DNA from: Chrysomallon squamiferum
Taxonomy: Eukaryota; Animalia; Mollusca
Reading direction: 5' to 3'
DNA length: 64,000 nt
NCBI GenBank assembly: GCA_012295275.1
Contig: CM022665.1
Span: 6,696,001 to 6,760,000, forward strand
Positions 41,431 through 53,742 of the stretch are shown here, one piece after another. Position numbers and translations under genes: made by a program. Every line of letters begins with the position of its first letter. Position 1 is the stretch's first letter. The notes under the pieces are model-generated. The model was not told the DNA's origin. It saw only the letters and a list, made by a program, of their open reading frames with translations, and made no database searches.

Positions 41431-42004
41431 ATCAGTTGTAAATTCTTCAAATTATTTTTTTTTACTGTTTTTTTGAGGGGGGTGTTAGTGTTGTTGTTTT
41501 TTTGTTTCGCTTTTTTTAAATTACAAATGATTGGTTATGAATTCTTACAGTATCTCTGTACTAAAGAGTTGGCGAAGATTAGTAGATAATGCTAAGTGTG
41601 TCCTATTTTTCATTGTCAATTAAAGACTAAGAATTCAAACAGAAATTTCAGGTCTTGTTGCTACTCACTAACCAAGATGTGATTTGCCAACTCTGAATTT
41701 ACACAGTCTATTTTAAAAAATAAATAAAAATAAATTCACATTATATAGTCACTATGGTAACAGTGCTTCTTGTTTCAGTTAGCAAGTATAAACTGCAGGC
41801 CTTTAGTTGTGTACATGTCTTCCTATCAAATAAATATATCAGTACAGTTAATTTTGTGTTTGTTTTCTTTTTCATTTTATTTCTGAAGCGTTTGTGGCAC
41901 AATCTTTTGTGTGATTTAACCTTTTTCTTTATGAAGTAATTTCTTTTAATTTTAATCAAATGAACACATTTAAATATTAAGTTATTTATGATGATGTTGA
42001 TATA

Positions 42005-42145
42005 TTGGAAGAAAACCTGACTGGTTCCCATGCATTATTTGTGTCATTTTATAAGCACCTTTTAATAAGGATAGCACATACCACTGCCTTTAATAAACTA
42101 TTTTGGGGTATGTGGCTGGATTGAGAAATAGCACAATGCGATCAT
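42005..42145 (-). mobile_element. Decayed SINE body (molluscan SINE central-domain-like)
   Basis: GGATAGCACATACCACTGCCTTT (42069..42091) and TGGCTGGATTGAGAAATAGC are the reverse complement of a gastropod SINE core as I recall it (AAAGGCCGTGGTATGTGCTATCC). Not verified by search. Confidence 0.55.
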
Positions 42146-45053
42146 AATTACAGGGGGAAAAAAATCAGCCCTACAATTAACTGGCATTACTGACAAAAAT
42201 AAAATTTGCAAAAGTGAATTCCAATGTATCTGTGTAATAAACTATCACCTTTAAAATAAAATAAATACAAAAACAATTCTGTGATTAAAAGTATTTATTG
42301 CAAAATAGATAATTAATAGATAATTAATTTCACACCACTGAAACCACAGGAACAGTTGAGTAGTCAATGCAAAGGCACTAAAAATAGTAAATTCTGATAA
42401 AAATTTCTTTATCTCACTTTGTATATAAAATATTGTTGCATAGTATATAGAGTAACAAAAAAATAAAGTGATTTCCAGCACTATTTGAGACTTAGAATAA
42501 TATGTAAAGAAAAACAAATTTGAAATATTTAATTTTACAGCTAAAATTCCAAACACTCCATTAAAACAGGAGATGCCTTTCATTATTCGTTATTTACTGA
42601 CCATTTAGTTAATTGAAGCAAAAACTTGAAATTCAGTATTTCAAATATATTTATAAAGATGATTATTATTATTTGCAAAATATATCTATTTTGGGAATCA
42701 TGAACACATAAGATTGCAAATATGTAATGAAATTACATGAAACTAAGCTGGCACTTTAACATGACTGTTCACAAAAGCAGAGTAAAAACAGATTTTTAAA
42801 TATTCAGAAAGTAAAAAGTTTTCTGGTTTTAAATAATTTCAAAATACAAAGAATAACGGAATAATTACAAATAACAACAAGTCTAAAACAAAAATATTTC
42901 TAAGAGATAACAAAATTTCAAATTATACCAGCTTGCTGGAACTGTATATAAAATGTTTTGTAAAAGTATAAAAGTTTTAAATAAATTGTAACATTATAGA
43001 AACAATTATTGTTAAAATGAATAGCTATACAATTATTTAAAACTTATAAAACCACTATATGTGATTGGAAAAAATGCATAAACATTCTAACAGTTGTTAC
43101 TGCAATGCAAAGCTGTTATTTTTAACCAACCATAACTGAAAGAAACTAAACAAAACCAACTGTGTTGAAATAAAAAATTTGATGCACTGAAATCGTTATG
43201 GATGAAGTAATACTTGAAAGTACTTATTCTTTTTTGTCTTAACGTGTATTTGTAAAAATACTGTTATTACTAGTTAAGATTTTTATTATATTTTGTCATG
43301 AGACAAAAATATAATAAAAATTATAGATCAACAGAATTATGAAAAATGTTCTGATGTAGCACTTCTATCGAGAAATTTCAGGGATTTAATATATTCTTTA
43401 AAATCTTACAGAATTTTACCAACACTGCACAGAAGCAAGGCTGAACTATTTAAAAGGATATTACTAGCAATAATAATTACATGTATTAATTTTAGGCTAG
43501 CAGTCTTGGAATTTCCCTGAAAAAGGTTTTATATTGTGGGTAAGAAATACTATTTACTAACTTAATATCAGGCACAACCAGATATATTTTTTAGATGTTT
43601 CAATTTATTTACACACTAAATTAATAACTTATTAAAATATAAAACCAGTTGTTTTTATAATTAAATGTTAAATTCATCTGATGGTTATAAATAAATTAAC
43701 ATCACATCAGATTTCAAATATTATTTTGTTTATAGTTTTGTCAGCTTTTTTTTATGAAAAGGCTTTTCATGTAATTTCACAAGAAAACTTATATCAACAT
43801 AATACAAATGTATTAATAGTCAAAAAGTATAAAGCTCATACAGACTTAATTACAAACTGTCCATTTTGGCAACAAAGCTGATGGATGTGGCAAACACATT
43901 ATGAAATTGCCATTAAAGAACTGCTTTCTGTGACAATGGAATGTAAAAACGTCAGATGCTGGAGACATAAGCAATGCTATTTTTTCTATATACATAGATA
44001 CACGTTTAATTGTTTTCATCAGCACTTTATCAGGTTTGTTTTATCACAATGTATGCAAAACCCTGTTTTTAATGCCATTTTTACTTTTCTAAGGATAACA
44101 CTATATTCTATTTGATTATAACAACACTGCACTCTTATTAATGTAATATACATATAATGCAAAAACTGTTTTTGCTTCTGCACTGAAACAACAATTTTAG
44201 TGGCATGTATTGTTGGAAATACCAGGTTTTTCACTCAGACTTACAGGCCACTCTATAAGCTTATGTATGACATTGTTAATTCTATTTTGGTGGTTATGTC
44301 TTTTATCAGCTTTTGCACTGGAATTCTACATATGTATTTCTAATTACTTCAACTGAAAATAAAAAATTACATCAAGTAAACACATTTTTTCCCACAACAC
44401 AACAGAATGCATCACTGGCTAGAAGCTGGAATTGTTTTTCAAACTAGTTTAACACAATAGAATTCTAAAACATCATTTTTATATGTAGTAAACTATTAAT
44501 GCATAAATAAGTTACTTAATGCCAGATGACAAAGAGAGAGAGGAATAAAAATACAAAAAATACTGTGTTGGATAATTTACAAATCAAACATTTTTGACAC
44601 TTCACCTTTGCATTTTTTATAGTTTAGCTTAACAGTGATTTAGAGGTAATCAAACAGTATTTGATCATTGATAAATACACTCCAACTAAATCTCGATTAA
44701 CATATCAGAAACTGCAAGAAACAGTTAAAACATGACTTAATATTAAGATTTTCAGTTTTCAAAATGATTAATGCTGTTAACGATAGACAAACCACACTCA
44801 CACTGATTTTAATAAGCACCAAATTTTTTCAAATTTCAAATTATTATTATTTTGTTCATTTGCTCTGAAAAACCACAGTTGTGCCACAAATTATATTTAG
44901 GTAAATTAACTATAATGTAAACTGCTGCACTCTGATTATAGTTGCAGAAATATTCCTGAGTAATCTAAAAACAAAATATTAAAAATAATTTTTAAATTAA
45001 TGAGTATTTTTTTCCATACCAGGAATAGTTATTTTTTGATACTAAACAAACAG

Positions 45054-45093
<40 letters not shown>

Positions 45094-45167
45094 CCATATA
45101 ATTATGAACTGAAAAATCCATTACAATATACCCAATCCAAACTGAATACAAATACAAATGGTATTGT

Positions 45168-45269
45168 TCATGCAAAAGATTTCTCCATGATTTCTTTGAG
45201 TTCTTTTTGGTGAACTTCACCAATCCCTGTAGCACTTGTTGCAAACACATCCCGACCTGAGTATCTCAA
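45168..45269 (-). CDS. DHTKD1: DHTKD1 exon 23 (stop)
   Basis: [33 protein letters not shown]. Confidence 0.94.
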   Translation of the reverse strand: MRYSGRDVFATSATGIGEVHQKELKEIMEKSFA

Positions 45270-48200
45270 CTGTAATGAGAAAAAAATTATAAATATTCAC
45301 AGTGAAACGAAATAGCAGGAATGAACGTTTAATGCCATTTTGAAACAATTTTAATACTAATGCTATCATTTATACATTTCATATTACATATGAGAAGAAA
45401 TCCAAACAGAATAATATTAATTAACCATACTTCTAAATAAAATAAAATATATATGATTGCTGAAATATAATGTAATTTGTGATTTGTGAGTAAATATAGA
45501 AATAAAATTTATTGTACCTTGCAACCCAAAAGATTTTCAAATCTTCTTGAAACAAATGTCCAAGGACCCATATTTCTGTGTTCTTCTTGACACCATAAAA
45601 ACTCTAAAGAAATTACAGTTAAGTATCATTAGTAAGAAATTAAATAATGAAACTAACAATAATATAAAAATTGCAATAATCATAAAAATAATAGTAGCAA
45701 TAGCTGTAATAGTTGCAGAAACAATATCAGCAGCAATATTAAAGTTATTAACAATTCAAAGTGTTAAAAATTTGTCATAGTCAACAAAATGTATTAAAAA
45801 TAAAATAAACTAGTTTTTACCTTTAGCCCCAGAGTATTTTTTCATTTCTGATCTTATGTCTTCAACTGGAAAAGGACAAAGACTCTGAAACAAAACAACA
45901 AGAAAATAAGCAGTGTATTGATGTTTTATCAATAATTATTTTGTTTCTTATCACTAGCAAAACATCACACCCTTTGTGCACATTACAGGAAAATGTACAC
46001 CTGTAAAATAAGAACTCTCCTCTAACGTCAAATAATTATTACAAATATTACCTCCAAGCGGACAATGGCCATATCATTTTTCCCTCTTGCCTTCCTCTCA
46101 TTGACCAAAGCATAGTAGTGTTTGCCTGAACAAAAAGCAATGCGAGTGACATTTTCTGGTTTGACAGTGGGGTCGCCCAACACAGGGTTAAATGTTGTTC
46201 CAGGTAACATGTCAGTTAAACTGGATGAAGCTGCAGGCAAACGTAAAATAACCTTTGGTGCAATAATAATCAGTGGCTTTCTGAAGTTTCTCACCATCTG
46301 AAAAGGATGACAAAGGTGGATGTAGGATTTCGGAGAAGGGGATACTATCATCATAACTGTGAATCCAACTCATGGCAAACTGAATTCAGTATAAAAACAA
46401 GCATTGGTTGGCATAATATATACTAGCCATACACTCTTGCACCTTGTAATGGACAACAGAGCTATTTATCAGGATATGTAGATATTAATTTTCAATTTGA
46501 AATAAATAATTTGTGACAATAAATGAAAATCTAATTTCTGAAAACGTAGTATAAATATGTAACAGCCGATTCTGATTAACATCTTTTACATGATGTAATT
46601 TTTCCTGTTTACAATAAATTAGAATAAGGACAATTGTAATAAAAATGTTTCTTGCAAATGTAATGTACCTGTCTGCGTAGTAAGTGGAAATACTGTGCTG
46701 GTGTTGTTGGATTAACAATTTCGAAATTTACATTGTCACCATCAACACCATCTTCCTTACTGTCAGTCAGCTGAAATAAACAGTAAAAAATGTTTTTATG
46801 TTTCTTCTTCATTTTTCTATTTGCAATTTAAGTAACCGTCAAATAATGGTAGCGAAATATTTCTTTCATGAAGCACATAATATATTATGAAGTATTTGCA
46901 TAAATCTGTTTATTTGAAGTGTGATAAATTAGCATAAAATATTAAGTTTCCCTTTTCGTTCTGTTATTTAGATAATGGGTATCCAGCACAAACAAATCAG
47001 TCTTTCTTAACAATATTTTAAAATGAAGTTTGTTATCACTATCCCAGTTAAACTATATGTTATATACAGCATGAATCTGTGAACAAAATAAATTATATTC
47101 GTGTCTTTTGTGGCAGGAAATAATGGCCTGCTGTAGATCTGATATTCATCCCATTGTTTTCTTCTCTTTATAGCAATTTCCTCAAACACTTAAAAGAACT
47201 AAATATTAATCACTTGAAGAAATCTCTCCATCCTGCATGAAGAGTGCTCAGGACCTGCTCCATCGATGCCATGAGGTAAAAGCATTACCAGTCCACTCTG
47301 CAGCAACCACTTACCTGCAACAGAATAAAATTAGTGGCACAACTCCTACCATCTAAGATGTCAACTTTTCACACTCAAATGCATTTTAAATTAATTTTGA
47401 TGTAAAGACATAATTATATCAGTCTACTTGTCAATTGATAATTACATACTGATTTAAGGTTTTTAAAATAAAATAACCAGGATGGAAATATTCAAAATAT
47501 GCAGATACAGTGAATTTAATTGCACGAATAATGAATTATGTACTTCATCTAATATAAATTTGTGTGTATGTGTGTGTATATGTAATGGGGGAGGGCAAGT
47601 GGATCTAGAGAGACTGATATATTGGTACAATATAATTGATGTATACACACACACACACACACATGTAACTCACTAGTTACTCACTACATAAAATCACAGT
47701 TCTAGGAACAAACAACCAAGATGGAGTTTCAAATCAAAGGGTTTTGATAATAGGTAATCTCTGATATAGAAATATTAAAATATACAACATTGTAACTCTG
47801 TCATTTTGAAGGAAGACAAACTGACCAGGTTCAAAAAACAAATAATGATAAAGATTCTACAGTTGCAAAACCGAAAATCAAACCAATACAAAAAAAAAAA
47901 AAAAAAAAAAAAAAAATGAAGAAAAACAAAAACAAACACACAACCAGTGCTGCCACCTTCACTAGCAGTTGTTTAAGCTCCTGCAGTGTCAAGGGCCAGA
48001 GTACAATGCTTTGCTTTCTGTGAAGTGAAAAAAATTAACGAGCTAATCAGAGCAAGCTGTTGTGAAGCATGTCTACCACTTCACAAAAGCTTGCTCTGAT
48101 TAGCACATTAATTTTTTTCTGAGAATGTCCCCCCTTAAATTCTAGCATGTCACATGACCACATAATCCCCAGTGCTAATGAAAGCTCCCAATAGGAGGCA

Positions 48201-51200
48201 ATCACTGTGTCCGCAGCCTTTCAGGATTAGTAAGGGATTAGTGATATGGCTGAATGCTTCAATCGCTATAGTCAGTGTCATTATAATGAACCCTTAAGAT
48301 CCAAGCCTGTTTTTAAATACTCTGCAGCTTACATGTAATACATGTAGACATCTATATACCATATATGCACTTGTAAGCCAGAAAATGTCTCCCCTAGGTT
48401 ACGCATTGCTTCCTGATAAGAAACAAACAATGTATTGCAGCATGTTTGGTGTTGTGAAACAGGACACAGCAATTCTCAAAATCAGAACTACGAATCATGT
48501 TGAGGAATGGCATTCAAAACTGAAGATGGTGGGCAGAAATCATCCCAACATTTTTAAATTCATAAATATGATTTAAGAGAGAACAGACCTTTGTTGAAGC
48601 TACAATTTTACTATTAAGAGCTGGTGGAAGGTTGACACCAAAATGTAGGAAATACCAACAACTTGTCTTTGACATATGTCGACAGCAAATGCTCCTCTTG
48701 ACAAAACAGAAAACTCCAACAGAATATGCTGATTCCGTCTCCCATTTTGTTGGACTGTGAAATGTTGGTCTTTATGGAAATACACTATACAGTAATCCCC
48801 TATTGTTTCATCATTTGCTATACTTGACTGCTTCAGTAACATATAATAGGTGTAGACAAGTGAGATGACCCAAGGCAGTCATCTTAATCTATCTTGCTAG
48901 CACTTACTCCCCACTAATTACTTTAGAACATTATATACTGACCTTTATACAATAGGAGACAATGGCTATTATTTCTCTATTCCACGCACTTCCAAACTTA
49001 AAATGTTGCCATCCTCAGCAACACAAAATCATTAATAATCATTTTAATTTATGTAATATATTCTTATTTTTTATTTGAATATAAACTATCAATTACTTTC
49101 TCCACAAGTGACAAAAGTGTCAATTATGATTTGTGCTCCATTAAAGAAGTCTCCAAACTGAGCTTCCCAGATAGGTAAAATGTTGGGATTCTCCAAACTG
49201 AATCCATATTCAAATCCCAAAACAGCCTCCTCTGACAGCACACTGTTTGCTACCTAAAAATACATAACACATTTGTTTGTCAAGCAAGTAGAAATAAAAG
49301 GAAAAGAAAAGAAACAAAAATGTAAATCTGAATTCAGTGACAAAACTGAATTCTTAAAAATCAGTCATCAGTCATGAAAATATTACTTGTCTATAACTGA
49401 AAACTTTCTCTAATGCATAATGTTTGCATGTGTCAGTTTTTGTTTTTCAATCAGGAAATGAATCTGCACCAGCATCAGCAAAGATTATAAAAACGACATT
49501 TACTTTATTTGAAAGAAATTATTTTTGCAGTGAATAAAGTTCATGATTCAAATATAATTCTGAGATTTTTGTTTGAGTTTTTTTTACTGAGAATGTTTTT
49601 CATTACCCTAACCACTGATGTGAAAAGGTTACTTTGTTACCTCAAGAAAACCTGTTTGATTGTCGGTGATGTTATTAAGTGGAATAACAATTTCATCATT
49701 TTCCTGGTGAACAAACATGGCATGACGATGACTGAATGTTGCTCTGCCAACATCCTGTCCACTGAATCGCACGTGGAATCCTGAAAAACAAACAATTTAG
49801 GCTCTAAAAGCATCTCAGAAATCAATGGATGAAATAAGAAATTGTTTTACTTTTAATACCTGTTTTATATTTTTTACCCGTTCTGAACTAAAGTTACAAA
49901 TATTTTTGAGGGATGGTTTATATCTACACAGTTAAAACTGTGATTATCTTAAATAATATTTGAAGGTAGCTTTGGTAATTTTCTCAAGTTGTGATTTATC
50001 ATTCTTACAATACAGCAATGCCGTCTCTTACACTTGTGGTTAAAAATAATTTATTAAACACACCCTGGTAAAGAAGTGATCCAACTGCCAGGGCCTCTGC
50101 AGTAGCCCAGTCTATGTCTGAACCATCTTTAATTCTCTGTAGACGTCTCTCTATGTGAGTCTTCTGTATATTTGGATGCACTTTCTATACACAAAATTTC
50201 TTTTTAATAATATTTATAAAGATACATAATCACCTAGACAAATGTGTTTTGAAATGAAATATAGCAACAAAATATTTATTGAATTTATTTATTTGGAAAC
50301 AGCTGAAAAAGATGCTTTAATCTCAATTTATAGGCTAAATTAGGGACCAAAGATAAAAAAAGAAATCATTACCCAGTCATCTGGTTTCTCCACTGATTTT
50401 GCTCCTATGAATTTCAGAGTATCAAGTGACACACCAGTATCCCATTTAGTGATTTGATCCGATGGCTGCACAAAACCACTCCACTGTTTCTGAAGATGCT
50501 TAGCCTTGTTTAAAGTAAAAACAACCAGAAATAGAAAATAACAATTAAAAACCCCCACAAAAAACTTCCACACACACAACAACAACAAAACAAAACATTA
50601 TTTATAATAACTGTTAATGGTTTATTTGCTTTATTTTTAATAGTATCTCCAATAACAGCCAGATCAGCCTCAGGTGACAATTTGTCTTTTTACCTTTCTT
50701 TATTTTTTAAATGCACAGGAAATTTTAATATAATGACTTTGACAAACAAATTGAAATAAAACCAAATTTAAACCAACCTGAGGTACATAAGTGTCAATCT
50801 GATTCAGATTTTCATTCAAAATTTTATTCCAGGCCTGTACATCTTTGTCAAGATCTGATTTCGAACAAATGCCATCATTCTGCAAAATGCAGTGAAATTC
50901 ATGTAAATAATGACAAATGAAAAGAATAAAAAATAACAATTGAAATCATGAAGCATATATTCACACAATGAATGCATAAAGAAAATGACAAAATTATACA
51001 AATGAAATATTAATATATACTTATATCAATGCAATTTTAACACAATCACACTGAAAAAAGAAAGAAAACAAAGCTAAGATTATTAGTTTAATTTTAATGT
51101 TTTCCAGTACTAAAATTAGATGTTCATCTCCCTTTGAAGAGTAAATAATAATTAAAAATAAGAAAAACTGAAAAAGTATTTCCACATGCTCAGTAATACC

Positions 51201-53711
51201 AAATGATTAGTTTCTTATTTTTAAAAATATTTATTTGAAAATGAATATTTTAATTTATTCAGGATATATCAGTTACCACTATCTTATCTGCGTAAATGTC
51301 AGGTATGCTTCTTCTTGATCTTATCACTTGGTACATCAGTGGCTGAGTGAATGAAGGGTCATCCAATTCATTATGGCCCCATTTCCGAAAACATACAAGG
51401 TCAATGACTACATCTTTTCGGAATGTTTGCCGATATTTAACTGCTAACTTTGCAGCTTTCACCACCTCCTGTAAAAATAAATAAATAAATAAACAATAAT
51501 AAAATAAAATAAATAAAAAGACCACACACATACATGCATGCACATATGTGCTCACATGCATAAATTTTCAAAAATATATATATATATATATATAATAATA
51601 ATAACAAAATATCCAAAGTATTAAAAATCAGTTTATTTATATTTCACTGTAAAAACAATTTCATTTCAAATTTATGCTTAAAACACAGAATATGTATGCC
51701 AAAAGATTAAGGAAATAAATATCTATTCACATATATCATTATTAATAAAAACAGGAATTAACAATGTCACTTAAGAAATAAAACTAAATGTCAGAATGCA
51801 AAAGAATAATATGAATAAAAAGAAAACTGTGTCAAATTTTACCTCTGGATAATCTGCATTGACATGAATGACAGGGTAGGAATTTATTTTTGCTGTATCA
51901 CTGCAGTATTGAGAAGATCTACAAATACATTTCTTAATTCAATTAAAAACAATAAACCAGACAATGATACTGATAAAATAAAAATAATTTTTAAAATGAA
52001 TCAGTCTAAGTGGTTATGAATGAATAGTTAACAGAAATACTTCAGCTGTTGTGTGTGAAACAAAAGTGGCTGTAATACTGAAAATGAATTATTACAAAAA
52101 CAAAAAACTATTTTACACTTCAAATAAACCCTGCACAAGTGTTTTTTTTTTTTTGTCTTTCTAAAAATCAACATAAAGTAATGCATTTATAGACAACAGT
52201 AGAGAATTTTGCATAGAAGATGATAAAATGCTGAAAAGTCATGATAATTTCAAGTTTAAAATTGTCTACAATTCAGCATGCAACCTTTTTTTAATGATCT
52301 CCAAAAATGGAATTTTAATGATAAAAACTGTGATGGCTTTTAAACTATTAAATGTCAAATATATTTAAAAAAAATATATTTTTACTTTATAAATTATGCA
52401 CAGCTGAAGTGAGATATCCAGTAATTTTTTATCTGATATTGATCTGATACATCTGCTGCCCCTGTTGGTAAGTAATGAGGTTTCTACCTGCTTATTTTAC
52501 TTTGTTAAATTGTGTAAAAAATGTATGAGACTAAAATAATTTAATTCCTATTTGTTGTACATAACAAGATGGTTTTTCTTATTATTATTCTGCGACAGAC
52601 ATTCTGCTGGCCTGTTGAAAGCATGCCTGTTGTAGACATGTTTCACAACAGCTCGCTCTGATTAGCACATTAAATTTTTTCCAGTTCAAGTTCTAGTTAC
52701 TATTAAGTCTGGGGCCAGTGATAACTATATCCAGCCTGATAAAGGATTCTAATAAAAAATATGCCAGGTTGTTCAATTTCCAGCACAAGAGTTCATTAGT
52801 ATCTAATAAGGAAAACTGCCATTCTAAAAATCATTTTTTTAGGGAACTCATTTATAAAAAATGCTTTAAATAAATAAATATATATATAATTTTGAAGAAT
52901 TTTTATTGAAATTTAAAAATAAAATATTTCATATCTTACCTTCCATAGTGAGATTCAGTAGTGAAACCAAGCTGATTGTTTACAATGAGATGGAGTGATC
53001 CTCCAACTCGGAAATGTGGAACTTCAGCAAAACAAAATGTTTCAGCTATAATTCCCTTTTAAAACAAAACCACAACTTATTGTTTTGCTTTTCAAAGTAA
53101 AATGCATTTATCACAGTTTCATAAAAGACAGCATCTAACCAAATATTTATTACAAGTTCACCAAATTATTCAAACATTTACACCAAACAACTTTATTATT
53201 AAAATGAATTTTCTGAGTGTATTTTAATAAACAGTTATCTCAGTGGACAAACTTCTGCTAATGAAACAGCCTACTAAAAATGTCTTTAAATGTCTTAATG
53301 AACACATGTTGAAAAGGGTTTGCTTTTTTCCAAATAATAGTATCATGAACCTCTGTTAAGTTTCAAATCACAGATATATGAATAGTGTCAATTAACAAAA
53401 ATGTATTTTTCCTTCATTACTGTGGGCTTTTAAAATAATTACTTTCTGGAAGGAACAGATGAAAAATGATTCTAAAAGTACTTTATAATGCTCTTACTTG
53501 TGCAGAAAATGAAGCATCACCATGGACTTGTAGACATATTACTTTGTCTCCAGCCTCAGTGTCTGGCTTTGTGTCATAATCACCTTCTTTTACATACAGC
53601 TGCTTGGCACGAGTTTTTCCTACAACAACTGGAACCACAGCCTGCATCATAAATAAATACAAGAAACAGTGATACATACAGATAGTTTATTCAAAGATAA
53701 ATCAGTATTAG

Positions 53712-53742
<31 letters not shown>

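Noticed and set aside
49248-49256. AG|GT at the start of DHTKD1 exon 17 as a second recursive site
   Set aside because: GTAGCA is a poor match to the donor consensus.
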